DNA of 62,803 nucleotides, counting the filler, from Globobulimina sp. (Eukaryota): assembly GCA_003354225.1 (NCBI GenBank). It is 17 parts of 17 records of this genome, joined end to end, with 100 filler letters (N's around TTAATTAATTAA, not from the genome) between each part and the next. Parts side by side here need not be neighbours in the genome. Positions count along the whole stretch, not along the records: positions 1 to 3,603 come from PIVH01002423.1; positions 3,704 to 7,306 come from PIVH01002424.1; positions 7,407 to 11,009 come from PIVH01002425.1; positions 11,110 to 14,711 come from PIVH01002426.1; 13 more parts are not named here. The stretch is one strand, 5' to 3'. A model generated the notes under the pieces. The model searched no databases, was not told the DNA's origin, and saw only the letters and a program-made list of their open reading frames with translations. A program made the position numbers and the translations under genes. Shown in pieces: positions 1-12,584 of the stretch (the first letter of the stretch is position 1; each line of letters starts with the position of its first letter).

Positions 1-535
1 AAACTAATAATTATTACATGATACATTCTTATTATCCAATTCCCGAGCCAACTGTGGTAAAACGTTCGCAAACAAATATATTTTAGCAAGACATGTCGAC
101 TTACAGTGAAATTTGTTTAATTGTTTTTTAGAGAGAGAGATTGAAGCCATTTGTAATCTGTTTAAAAATACTCTTTCTGCGAGTTGTTTGATATCGTTTT
201 CGCTTTTTTGCCGACGGATTTTGCGTTGGTTTAAAGTCTTTCTTTTGAGTTTTGGCGGTGGTCCATCAAACACAAAAACTGGTTTGATATTGTAAAATAA
301 TAATTTGCATATTCTAATAAATGACAATTTTCTATCATTTCACCATTTGGTGTGCGCATTGCTTTTCTTTTGTTTTATTATATACTCAATGCATGTCTTC
401 ATATTTGGGAATTACATACATAAATTGTACCAGCCATAATGAAGCATCGACTGCTAATTTTCTTGTTGCCAATGAATCGATTGTTATTTTTGTGCCGCTT
501 GGTTGCAGCAAACACCACAAATTTTCTACACCCAT
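1..535 (-). CDS. ERCC5: XPG/RAD2-family structure-specific endonuclease, 5' part (intron about 368-419; apparent frameshift about 315-325; 3' truncated)
   Basis: Manual translation from ATG 535 gives MGVENLWCLLQPSG...KLAVDASLWLVQF|intron|KAMRTPNGEMIENCH. A different frame continues FIRICKLLFYNIKPVFVFDGPPPKLKRKTL. Together these form the XPG N-domain. Confidence 0.85.
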
Positions 536-626
536 TGTTCACTCAGTTCAACTAAACGAAGAGTTTTCATACTGAGAGTCACAAAAGTCATTCGAATAAA
601 TAAAAAAAAAATAAAATGAATAATAG

Positions 627-2540
627 TTACAAATGCATGTTTTCCAAAATTTCACGAAATTCAGTGTCTGCTCGTTGAATTAATTTAGAAATTTGGTACA
701 ATTTTAAATCAAACTGGTTATATCTGAGCAGTAACTCCCTCTCTTCATTGGTTATTGAATCACATATTTCCTTCGGAGAAGTTCTTGTTGGAACACTGAC
801 AGTGGTTCTTGTTGAAAGCCAGTGTATTTTCTTTTTTTCATAACTCATAAACGGATGATAATAAACGAAATTATTATTTATTCTCCAATTCATATATTTA
901 CTGTCTTTTTTATCATTATTCATATAATATTCATGATAATCATCGACCATATCATTAAGTGCTATGTCCCATATTTTATGATCTCTGTTGTCATTGAGAT
1001 CCGCAGATTCATTCATTGAATGAGTTGAAAATGGTAAAACATAATCAATTTTTAGTATCAATTCCACTGCATTTAGAAAATGTTGATCATTAATATTATT
1101 TCTGTCAATATAATTTGGAATGGATGAAATTCCATGCTTTAAATACGCAGTATCATTATAACCAAGCCACGATGTGTAAATATTTGATGTTCCCTTAGTT
1201 CGTATCCATTGAACATTAATATGATGATTCGAGCCAGAAACAGCTAAAATAAATTCAGATTCATTTAAATATTGAATAGAATCAACATTATCGTGGATGG
1301 GAAATAAATGAATATTTTCTTTGTTCCTGAAACAAAACGGTACATCAAATTGCCACAATTTATACTTTGATAACGTTGATGTCTCAGCACTCATTTGCTT
1401 AACATCTTGATCTGAATATATATGTTGCTGTTTATCCGTAGTCTGCGAATTAATTAATGCTTTATACAAACCAATGTACTCATTTCCATCCAATATCAAT
1501 CTATATTCCACTCCATTTATCATAATACCTTGTGTATAACAATAGTTTTTCCACCATCCCCAAAATGTTTTCGCCGCATTTAAATTTTTGGATTCGTATT
1601 TTTTTTTCTTTTTGTTTTCTTTTTTTGCAATCGACATTGATGACAATGTTCTTAAAAAACTTACCCTGCCAAAAGCAAATTGATTGTTAAACTGTGATAT
1701 TTGAGAACATATTCTTTCAAAAGGTTCACGGAATGATAACAAATAAATAAATTTGCGGCAAAGAGATGGCTTTGCATGATTCATATCGTTTTTTTTGTTG
1801 TTGCCGGTATTTGTAAATAAATGATCATCGCTATAAGTCATCATTGGGCTTTCCCTTTCAATGTGTGATGGGAATGTTGCATATTGATATTGTTCACGAC
1901 ATGGTTCATTTACAGAGGTTTGAAGAAACCCAGCGTACTTTGGTTTGGCTTCAGATTCAGATCTAGATGAAAATAAACGCTCTGTGTGTTTCAATGTTGC
2001 TGCTATTGTCTTCCCCGCTGCTTTGCTGACATGAATATGAAACCAAGCATATTTTTCATTTCTTCTCATCTTCAGATGATTGTGATGCATGTTAATAAAT
2101 GTTTGAATAAGCTTATGATAAACAGTAGAATGATTTGAGATGATCATAATCTGCCTTCTCAACGATAGCATGGAGTGGTATGGATAATTATGTTCGAGTG
2201 CATTCAGCGTAAAATATGTATTTATAGATAATGATTTCACCGCTTCCACGGAGGTAACGCAATCCGTCATGGGATTGGCGCCAATGATAAAACATTTAAA
2301 CAGATGGTTCCATCTTGAAATCACACTTTCAATGCTCATGCTGGCTCTTCTATTTGTTGTATTCAGGTAATCTGCAAATTCTTTATTATTTTCTGGAACA
2401 TTATTCATATTCATATTCATGTTCATGAGCATCATATCATTTGCTGTAAATAGATGATTTGTTTGTAAGAATATAATAATATAGCTTGCGCAAAAATAAA
2501 GCAGTATCGCACAGGTTTTTTTTCTATGTTTAGAGAACAT
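627..2540 (-). CDS. Type II membrane sulfotransferase-like protein (Sulfotransfer_2 type)
   Basis: N-terminal TM anchor; 5'-PSB-like FHIHVSKAAGKT; 3'-PB-like LSFREPFERICS; C-terminal YNQFDLKLY typical of Golgi sulfotransferases. Confidence 0.7.
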   Translation of the reverse strand: MFSKHRKKTCAILLYFCASYIIIFLQTNHLFTANDMMLMNMNMNMNNVPENNKEFADYLNTTNRRASMSIESVISRWNHLFKCFIIGANPMTDCVTSVEAVKSLSINTYFTLNALEHNYPYHSMLSLRRQIMIISNHSTVYHKLIQTFINMHHNHLKMRRNEKYAWFHIHVSKAAGKTIAATLKHTERLFSSRSESEAKPKYAGFLQTSVNEPCREQYQYATFPSHIERESPMMTYSDDHLFTNTGNNKKNDMNHAKPSLCRKFIYLLSFREPFERICSQISQFNNQFAFGRVSFLRTLSSMSIAKKENKKKKKYESKNLNAAKTFWGWWKNYCYTQGIMINGVEYRLILDGNEYIGLYKALINSQTTDKQQHIYSDQDVKQMSAETSTLSKYKLWQFDVPFCFRNKENIHLFPIHDNVDSIQYLNESEFILAVSGSNHHINVQWIRTKGTSNIYTSWLGYNDTAYLKHGISSIPNYIDRNNINDQHFLNAVELILKIDYVLPFSTHSMNESADLNDNRDHKIWDIALNDMVDDYHEYYMNNDKKDSKYMNWRINNNFVYYHPFMSYEKKKIHWLSTRTTVSVPTRTSPKEICDSITNEERELLLRYNQFDLKLYQISKLIQRADTEFREILENMHL

Positions 2541-2658
2541 TATGTTTCGAGAATAAGAGGGGCAGACTCTAACAAGTAGTCAGTAATAAACTGTCGCTTA
2601 CATTGTTACAAAATGTAAGTTATCCTTACACTTATTCTTTTAGGCATTGCAATTAAAA

Positions 2659-3520
2659 TTAAATATTATTGACCGTTGCCGGAATGGAATATCGATTGTA
2701 TTTCGGTGGCAATGGCGGAGGTTTATTGAGGTACAATTTCAATCTAAACGCACCATTCCCATTCAAATAATAATTTCTATATTTATAATCTTTAACAAAT
2801 CCTAACTTTTCATACAGTTTCAATGCGCCAAAATTATCAATTTCAGTTTCTAACATTACAGAATTTGCACCCAAATCAATCATTTTTTGTATTGATAATG
2901 AAACCAATTTGGTGCCCAAACCTTTCCTCCTTTGCGATTTATCCACCACCAACATGGCAATATATCCGCTGTTATCCTTCAACTTTAACTGTGCCACAAT
3001 CAAACCAACGCATCTATTCCCAGCCGATTTATCCATTGCTAAGTAGCTCAGATACGGCCATTTGTTCACAAAGTATCGATATGTAAACACAGAATATGGC
3101 TCACTCAAATTTGCCGAACATAAATCTTGGATCAGTTTCATTTGTTTCTCACCTGCAAATTATAGAAAAAACAATAATAAATAATTAATAAAAGCAATAA
3201 TATAATTATATTGAACCTGAATAAGTGACATAAATAAAATCATCATCTTCCACTTGTTGCTGTTTTTTTAATTCTTCCTTTTCTTGTTTAGATACTTTTG
3301 GTTTCTCATACTCTTTAAAATGAAAACCAAGTGGAGTATAACCACCATATCCATGATCTCCATGTCCATGATGTGAATGGTCGTGACCACAATTTGAGTG
3401 ATCATGGGAATGTGAATGCGAATGTGAGTGGGATCCATGGTCGTGGCTGCAATTTGAATGCGAATGTGAATGACTGCAATTTGAATGGTCATGGCCATGA
3501 TGACTGTGTTGCATTGACAT
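2659..3520 (-). CDS. NAA30: N-alpha-acetyltransferase 30 (NatC catalytic subunit, MAK3) with His-rich N-terminal extension; intron 3153-3216
   Basis: LSEPYSVFTYRYF, GYIAMLVV..QRRKGLG, LETEIDN..ALKLYEKLGF, YYLNGNGAFRLKL. The GT..AG intron joins the His-rich exon in frame (TYSG-EKQMKL). Confidence 0.9.
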
Positions 3521-3603
3521 TAATTGTTTCAAAATAAAATATATTAAAAAGACTAACTGGACTTTGGTAAAAAAAAACATCTTTGAGTGGCATGGCTTCC
3601 ACA

Positions 3604-3703
3604 NNNNNNNNNNNNNNNNNNNNNNNNNNNNNNNNNNNNNNNNNNNNTTAATTAATTAANNNNNNNNNNNNNNNNNNNNNNNNNNNNNNNNNNNNNNNNN
3701 NNN
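3604..3703. other. Artificial contig spacer (first of 16): N44-TTAATTAATTAA-N44
   Basis: Identical 100-nt spacers start at 3604, 7307, 11010, 14712, 18414, 22116, 25818, 29519, 33220, 36920, 40620, 44320, 48019, 51717, 55413 and 59109. The 12-mer has stops in all six frames, and the intervening contig lengths fall from 3603 to 3595 nt. Confidence 0.98.
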
Positions 3704-6700
3704 TTTATTTTGATTGCGATTTTTATATAATTCATCATCGGATAGATTCCCATCATCAAATTCTAAATCTTGTGATATTTGTAGAGAGGGCATATTTGCA
3801 TGCATCCCTAACATATTATTGTCAGAGTCAAGTGATTTATGATGATTATGTTTATCGTTATGCCATTCTCGTGATTTCTCATTAAATTCTTCTCCATAAT
3901 CAATAATTTCACCATTAATATTTAACGAGAGATAATATTGTTGTCTGTTGGCTAAACGTTGTTGATTTCCCTTTTTATCATTTTCACATAAAATTAATGA
4001 ATGAATGACATGCGATTCAATATATTCTCTGTTAAAACATAAATATAACAATTGTCGGCACATTATTGATCTATAAATAAACATTAAATTACAACAAAAT
4101 ATATTTAAAATAATCTGCTCATTATATTTACCAAAAAATAGCCATATTGCCGCAATAATTAATGATATTACAGGTTGCCATATTAATAAACCAATTAACA
4201 CGCCAATCATTGAAAATATTATCCATCGAATATCTTCTGATATTGAACTCTTACTAATTGCGGTTGAATCTTTTGCGATGAATAGCTCTGGGTTGGATAC
4301 ACTGTCATTATTTACCAAACTCTCCAATCTATTCTGTATCCGGTCATCTATTGTTACAAATTGACAGTCGTCGTCGTCATCATATAATGTTTGCGTCCAA
4401 TTTATATCACTCCATTCGACAACAATATCATTGCCATTGTCGTCTTGTAATAATCTTCTTGATCCTAATGATGTTGATGTGATATCATCAAATTTTATAT
4501 TGACGGTCGACTGTGTTGAATCGAAGCTCAATCCGTAATATATACATAAAAGCGAAAAAAGACAAAAATAAATGGCAATTATAGCCAGACAAAATGTGAT
4601 ACATTTGTGCGGAAATGGATATTCTGTAAATAATAATCTCCTTCGTGTTAATTCAATTTCTCTTAATTGCGAGGCAATCTCTTCCATTTTCTCCATCTTT
4701 TCTTTATTTTCTTGGTTTTCAATTCTCGCTTCTTTCTCCTCGTCATACGATTCATACTCATTGTCTCCAATCACACTCACCACCACTTTGGCTTTGTCTT
4801 TTCTTTGTTGTTCATTCGTTGCTACCTTAATCACAACTTGTTCCTCCATCAATTCTTTCATTGCATTTTCTCTTTCTTGCCGCAAATTTGCCAACTTATT
4901 ATTATTATTTTCAACCGAATCTCTTTGGTGTTGGTGTTGTATTTGCGCCATAATCTTTGCTTGCATCTGATACGCATCGTCATCGTCATTCTCATCAATG
5001 GATTGCGATTTAATTACATTCCTATTCTGCTGCATAGTGTCTTGTCCATTTAATAGTTGTTTCTCTTGCAATTCTTTCTCTTTCTTTTGTTTCTTTTCTC
5101 TTCTTTTTTGTTGTTTTGCTTTTTTTCTGGCAGCACTTTGCGCCGCGGGACCAAAACTTTGAATCTCTGAAGCTCTGCGTTGTGATAAACTGGCAGGCAC
5201 AGCTAATGGTTGATTATTTTTTTTCATTTCAATAATTTTCTGTCGCGCTTTTTCCATTGCTTTGGCCATGTCAATGTTGGATTTATCAATTAAGGCAGCG
5301 GCAATCTCAAATTGTAAATCTTTTTCTTCTTCGCTCACAGGGCGCCAATGCACCCATATATCGATTACTTCTGCTTCTACCTCCATTGCCTTTTCATCCT
5401 CGGGTCCACCTGGGGTTACATCATCGGGTCCACCCGGCGTTATACCTAATAATATATCCTTTTCATCATCGTCGTCATTGTCTTCATCCTCCTCCGCATC
5501 CTCCTCCTCATCACCACCACCAATGACTTGTTTATTAATAGCAATATTATGTTCGGTCTGATTATACATTGGTTTTGGTGCATTCATACTCGATTGCGGT
5601 GGATACATCATCTCATTCAATATATCATCTTCCACCGTTTGTAGATTCCCCGCTGCATTGCCCATATTGGCACCAAATGAACTCGCGCCATGCAAATGAA
5701 CCAAATCATCCAACTCATTGGTATTCATATCGGACCATCGTTTGGCTGGTTGCGACGCATCAATTTCCACCGTATCGTTGTTATATGTATTATTATATCC
5801 ATCCCCATCGTCATCTATTGCATCCAAATCGAGATATTGTTGTTTAGCCTGTCCACTAAAAAAAAATTTACTTCGTATTTCTTGGGCCTCATCAAATATA
5901 GCTTTGGCCATATTTAATATCGTTTGTGTTTCCCATAAAGGTGTTTTCTCCTTCACGCGAGCGATAATACCCGGCATAGATTCATCTTTCCACTCCACAC
6001 TATACGGCCGGATTAAAGCAAGCCAAGCAAAGAAAAAGTATGCTGGAATACAGGCAAATAATGAATATATAAAAGCCATTGCAACATCACTGCAATACTT
6101 GGCATCATTGATATATTTATAATCGGTTTCATTAACACACCATGCCACTGCCCAATGAGACTGATTGTTTGTGCCATAAAAATAGGATGCCAACCAAAAC
6201 ATTGTTAGGCAATAAATCATAAATATGGTTAAGCGCATCACCGATGCCACATTTGTGTAGGGATTGCTCCATTGTATGGATAATAATAAGTGATAGTCTC
6301 TGATTGTGATCACAAATACAGATAATACTTTTTTTACAGTGGTTAAAGTGGGCGAATATAATATATCTAAGACTTGTTTTAATGAGGATTTCTCGAATAA
6401 TGTGTCTCGCGAGGATCGAAATACAATGTCCGGTCTTGCTAACAACGGTATATGTAAGTTTTCATCATGGTCGGCAATCCAATAAAACCCTAAGCCGTAT
6501 ATAAATATTAAAAATATCATTACAATTAATGCCGTTGGATGAATCGCTAAATTGTTACCTGTAAAACCACGAATGTCTGTTTCTGTGCTAAAGCCCATAC
6601 CAATACCATACACATCACTGTCTAATATAAATAAGCTTCCTTCAATGGTCTTACATGCACAACGTACCATATCTTGATCATAGGTGGAAACTTGACAATT

Positions 6701-7285
6701 TTCGTCATCCCAATTAAATTCATTGTCTGTACTAGCATATATATCTACGGATACACATTGAGGTGTGATATAATCTTGATTTATACTCAAAGTGGCAGTA
6801 AATGCATTATCAGCATATGTATTAAATGAGATTGAACTGCAAACATCAGCATCCTCCGCAGATAATTGTATTGGAGTCAACTGATATCTATCCGAGGAAT
6901 TGAGATCAAACACACTCAACATATTCATATGCGGAGTGGCAGCAGTAATTGAGGCCGACGCATTAATTGATATCATAATACATGATAGGTACGATTCATC
7001 CGACACATTTTCTGATTCATCCCAATCTGATGGCCACTGTATATCCATCAACAAATCATGACATTGACTCAATTTATTCCTGGCAACCTTTGTAATTGCT
7101 AAGGAAAAATCTTGCAACGCAAATTTAACGTATTGCGATGGAATTGAATCATACAATGCATTATAACCAATTCTGTTTGCTAATTTTAATAATGAATACA
7201 GAGTTGAAATATGATCAGTTGTTGCCTCAAAATCTATCATTTTAGCAATTAATATTTGTAATATGTGTAATGCTTTGGTTGTCAT
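3704..7285 (-). CDS. GPS/GAIN-motif polycystin-1-like multi-pass membrane protein (partial at both ends)
   Basis: GPS-like WDDENCQV...VRCAC just before the first TM; several TM helices; long acidic/coiled-coil cytoplasmic loop; about 1200 aa open frame. Confidence 0.55.
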
Positions 7286-7478
7286 ATCATACTCAATGTT
7301 ATCATTNNNNNNNNNNNNNNNNNNNNNNNNNNNNNNNNNNNNNNNNNNNNTTAATTAATTAANNNNNNNNNNNNNNNNNNNNNNNNNNNNNNNNNNNNNN
7401 NNNNNNAAATTGGGAAACAATTAATTTTAATTAAGCCAGCAAACCACAATTAAAATATAAATATAAAAATATGTTAAA

Positions 7479-10469
7479 TTACACACAAAATTGATTTTGT
7501 TTTCTAAAATATACAATAAACATTGGATATACGCGATAATGAAACTGTTTATGAATCACAAATACTGATTTATTCCATTCATCATCAACTAAACTGTCAT
7601 ATATTTTGCCACTTTCTTTTTTTGGCCAATTATTTATTCCATAACAATGATCCCCAATGATACTCTCACCGCAAATAACTAAACATTCACATATTTTGTA
7701 AATGCCATTCTCATCGCAATTATTCCCATTTTTAATTACATTCTTTCGGAAATAAATACCTTCTCCATGGCCAAATTTATTATTCTCGACAAATGCATCA
7801 TTTTTAAATCCACGCTTTCCGATAAATTTTATTATTTTTTCATTTGAATTGCTTATTTCATAAAATAAATGCATTTCATTCAAATTTCCCGCACTCATAT
7901 TAATAAATTCTTGTTTTTCCTTCAAATATTTATCAAATAACATTTGATTTTGTATCCCTTCAATTTTAATAATTTCATATTTTGCACTATCCACACACTC
8001 AAAAAATCTATTTTTTATCTCTCCCACTTTTTCATTTGTACCCATTGCAATCAGTTTAGGTTTACAATAATTTGCTTTTGTGCAAAATGCATGATTCCAA
8101 TATGCGGGGTACTTATTCTTATTATATGCATTCGATGATTCGTCGCCAATTCGCCGTACATTCATTGCACTGTCATTCCTTATATTTATTTGTACTGCTT
8201 TGGTCTGTGACAATTTGCTAATTTTATAGCATTGCTCATTTGCAAAATGTTTATAATAATATGATCGATTAATTTTTAAATGTTCAATTTGTCGACTTAT
8301 TGCAGCATCATATTCGTTCCAATTATTATTATTATTATTATCCATCCATTGCCACATATAATTAACCCGTACGTTGGAATTCTTTTCTGTGTCAACTTTT
8401 AATTGTTTTTCTTCATTTTGCACATTGGTGTTACAAATAAACATTTCGTGTTCAACATTTATTTCCTTTCTCGTTTGTCGAACATGTCGTTTTTCAAATG
8501 TTTCACTGTCAATCTCCACTGCAAAATTTCTAGTTTCCTTCGTGATTTTATATGTTTTATCATTTAGTACATACTCATAACATTCCCTCAGTTGTAATGT
8601 TTCAATCACATTGCTCATCTCCGGCGAATATGTTATCCATCGATTATTATCATCCTTCCATTGCCAATTAATGATATATTTTCTATTTGATTTCTCTTTA
8701 AAATTATATTTTTTCTTTTTATTTGTAACTGCGATCGCTTTCAACTGTTTTCTTTTCATAATAATATCTTTTCTTTGCAGTACTTTTTTATTTGAAACTG
8801 ACATTGTTTTCAATTGTTTTTTTTTAGTAATAATATCATTTTTTTGTATCCGCACTTTTTCTCTTCCATTTATTTTAATTCTCCGTATTTCTCGCTTTGA
8901 TTCATTATTAATATTAACGTGAATGCCCGTCTTTTTACTAATTTTTGCGATGAATGAGTTCATGGTATATTCATACATTCCGTTAATGGCCAACCGTTCG
9001 ATCGCATGATTTGTTTTATTATCATACGATATCCATTTATTTCTACTGTTTTTCCATTGCCATTGCCACTGCACATCAGCTCTTGTTTCTTTTTCTTTGT
9101 CTCTGGTTTTGCCGCTTTTCCTTTCCGTTTTTACTAATATTTTATTGATACATTTATAATCTCTTTTATTGTAAATATAACAGCGAACAATCTGTGTCGA
9201 ATATGCATATTTTGTTAATTCATCAATTTTGTGTTGAATATATTCAATAAATGAAAACGGTAATTTCAAGCCAATTTGGTGATAAATCATTTGTTTATTA
9301 AACTTAAAAAAAGTATCCTTCAACGCTGGCAACTGTATAATAACATCCTCGCCATTCTTCAAACACGCTTTCAATTCTTTAAATTGTTTATTTATTAATG
9401 TTTTATAACCGAACAAGGTCGGAATCTGTGCAAAATATGTACTGATTGCAAATATTATTCGTTTATCAATATTATTGGCTCTCAACTGCAACATATCACT
9501 GTCCCCATCACCAAATAAAAACTTTGGTACTTTCCCCATATTGGACTGATAATAATTTGTAACATCCATCAGTTGTTTATGTGTAACACCATCGGTTTGA
9601 AATATTAGTAATCCTCTCTGTGACGGTAGTTGTGAGTGAGATGGTGGCTCACCAATAAGATTTGTGTCGATATCACCTTTTGAATCCATATCTTGTTCCA
9701 ATTTACAAATATATGATTCCAACGGTTGCTTTTCTTTGCTTTGGGACAATGTTTTCATTTTGTTCTACAGCATATAAATATATTTGTTTTTGTGCAATGT
9801 CGACATACAATTATCTGCAGTACATACCTTCATTTCTTTTGAATGATTATATTTTATTTCTGTCAGCTCATTTTTTAGCTGTTTAACATGCGAAAGTAAC
9901 TCATCTTTTTCTTTGTTATGTTGATGCTGCACAGTTTTCAGTTCATTCGCGTACCAAATTGATATGTTTTTAATGTCTTTTTCAGTGTAAATCGGCCGGG
10001 GACTCGTGCTCCACCCATTTTGTTTGGTTTTCTTATTCTTTGATGACGAGTTATTGTTAATATGTTTGTTGGGAGTTATAACGCCATTATTATGCATGTG
10101 GTTGGCTTTGTGATCTGTTTTGGTGCTTTGTGTGTTGTTGTTGTTGTTGTTGAGGATGATCATGCAATGTTTAATTTGTTTGATCCAAGCATTCATATTT
10201 TGTGTTGAGGAAGCAACGAATATCCTATTTGCTTTCCCATTGTTTGCGACCAATTCAAACTGATAATGTCGACCTTTTTCAATTGAAATTTTAACGTCAC
10301 CAAACATGGATAAATCTAAGGTCTCGCTTGGATCCAGCAATGCGTTGTCTTTGTAACAATCCATATATCCTTTGTTTAATATGATCCATCGCTTGCGTAA
10401 TTGTTTAAAATATAACGATTCCTTCAGTAAATACCCTTCTTTTGCAATGGTGTACCCTTCTTTGTTCAT
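7479..10469 (-). CDS. PH domain + coiled coil + macro-like segment + 3xWWE + degenerate PARP catalytic domain; intron 9765-9827
   Basis: PH: KEGYLLKES..LRKRWIIL...MNAWIKQI. Phase-0 intron AAG|GTATGT...CTGTAG|AAC joins the two ORFs. Three WWE repeats (WQWKNSRNKWISYD, WQWKDDNNRWITYS, WQWMD..WNEYD). PARP-like IQN..LFDKY, LFYEIS, GEGIYF, YDSLVD, VYPMFIVYF. Confidence 0.8.
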
Positions 10470-10609
10470 CTTCTTTTCGAATGAAACCGTGCTGAGCATC
10501 AGTTCAAGTAACAATGGTGAACTGCAAAAAAAATGCTGTCAAAAAAGATTTTGACTTATCAGAAGAGTCAATAATATAATGGCGTAACAAAAGAACGTGG
10601 ATCTTATTC

Positions 10610-11009
10610 TTATTTATTGCAATTGTGCTGTTGCAGTATTCTTTGTATTTCAAATAACTTTTTCCCAAATAACGAATATTTTCTCCAAGACAGATATTGT
10701 AAGATAGACAATGACAATAAAAACCATAGCATCAATTTAAAACAACCAAGTTTAATATTTAACTCATCCATTTCTTGATTGTTATATCCATACTTATCCA
10801 AAACATAAGTTCCGAGAACAGGGCCCAGCGAATTGAATGGTTTTGCACACAATGCGTGTAACCCCCAATACATTGACACCATGGATGCTGATGATGGCAA
10901 ATTATTTTTTATCCGCAATGCCTTTTGTTCATCGCATAAATTCGGCACTATAATCATAAAAAAAGAAAGAAAAATGGCAATGCAAATCTTATTTAAGAAA
11001 ATATAAATT
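10610..11009 (-). CDS. MFS transporter C-terminal fragment (MFSD13A/TMEM180-like)
   Basis: SMYWGLHALCAKPFNSLGPVLG and a terminal TM followed by WRKYSLFG resemble the TMEM180 family C-terminus. Confidence 0.55.
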
Positions 11010-11109
11010 NNNNNNNNNNNNNNNNNNNNNNNNNNNNNNNNNNNNNNNNNNNNTTAATTAATTAANNNNNNNNNNNNNNNNNNNNNNNNNNNNNNNNNNN
11101 NNNNNNNNN

Positions 11110-12584
11110 TATAATTTATTCTTTCTGAAAGCAGGCACATTTATGGTCATTGCGGGGGAATTCCATTTTGGTTCGGCTCCCGGGAGAGTTACTTCTTCCT
11201 CAAAGGATGCGCAAATAATTCCCTTTTTGCTGAAATCTAATGAATCTTTGATATGGTACATTTTTTGTTTATTTACCGGCACTGTTTCTCGTTGGAATTG
11301 CGATTGTTTGATGCTAATATTTACAGTTATTAATTCTTTACATGGTTTCTTTCGATTTGGTTGTATATATTCCTCTGTTTTCTTATTGTTTGTATTCATG
11401 ATACTGCGAATGTGCGGCACCGCTGTATACACATATTTCATTTGAGGAAAATACAGAGGGAATATATAGAATTTATATAGAATTAAATTTAAAGGGAAGT
11501 TTATAGAATAGTTTTTATTAAAATTTATTACAAGTTTATATAGGATATTTTTATATCCATATTGATATGGTATTATGTTGTATATTTTATCTATTTCAGT
11601 TTCTATCACATTTTTATATAGGTAGCCTTTACCTTCGTTTGTAGACTTTACTGTGAAATATATAAATTGGAAAAAGTAAGGTGTCAGCAACCAATGATGG
11701 ATGTTGAAAGGGGAAGAAGATTTCTTAGTGTTTTGAAAAAAGAGTTGTTCGTAACTTAGTGTGGAGTTTGTGGATAGTTTTGTCACTTTTTTGTATGCTT
11801 TATTTGTATTTAAGGTGTCGGAGTTGTGCTTGCCTGATTTTGTTAGATTTGGATAATCCAATCCGATTTTATGTTGCAACATAAAAACAGATTGTAAACA
11901 ATTATTAACATTTGTGTTTGTGGTGTTGAGAAACACCTGGTAATTAGTTATTTTTTCATTTTTGTTCATTAGTTTTACTATCGACTGACAAGGAATGGCA
12001 TCAGTTTGCAAATAGCAAAACATGAATTCCATTTTTATCATGAGTATCGATAGTACAATAACAATTAAATAAGTGTTTAAATTAATAAAAATTAAAATAA
12101 AAATGTAAAATTTAATATATGGACCATAAGCAGAACATATATGTGGTAGAGTTGTTGCAGTTGCATGTAATGGAGTTGTTGTAATTGATTTTGTTGGATT
12201 GCGAAACAGCGGAAAGCAAAACAGAATTTCTATTGTATGCATCCGTGTTGATGTCACAACATAAAAACAGATTGATTGCGATTCAGCGTAATGTATTTTA
12301 TGGCATGGAGTTGGTACAGTTTGTAATGTGGTTTCTTGAGTATAGGTTGGAATAGTTGTTGTATGAGGTGGCGTTGACAGTGATTGGAATCGATAGGTTC
12401 TAAAGTTGTAGGATTTGAATTGATTTAGCGTGAATTTGATGAACTTCCATACTGCGGAATTACGGGAATTTGGACCTGCGAAATTGCGGATTTTTAGGAT
12501 CATTTCATTGAGAATAATTTTGATAAATTTTATGTTCATTGGGCTTTGTGCAATATTTGGATACGATTGATTTGGTACAGTCAC
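11110..12584 (-). CDS. Long strand-biased ORF; its end weakly resembles the start of an APE endonuclease (possible non-LTR retroelement)
   Basis: About 490 codons open; strong A/C bias on the minus strand; ELITVNI...KMYHIKDSL...IICASFEE resembles the tNv...K...l...Dii.lqE pattern; cut by the contig end. Confidence 0.25.

Noticed and set aside
4572-6122. Plus-strand ORFs opposite the polycystin-like gene, and similar short antisense ORFs throughout the track
   Set aside because: These are shadow frames of real genes, with Ser/Phe/Leu-rich mirror composition and no motifs.
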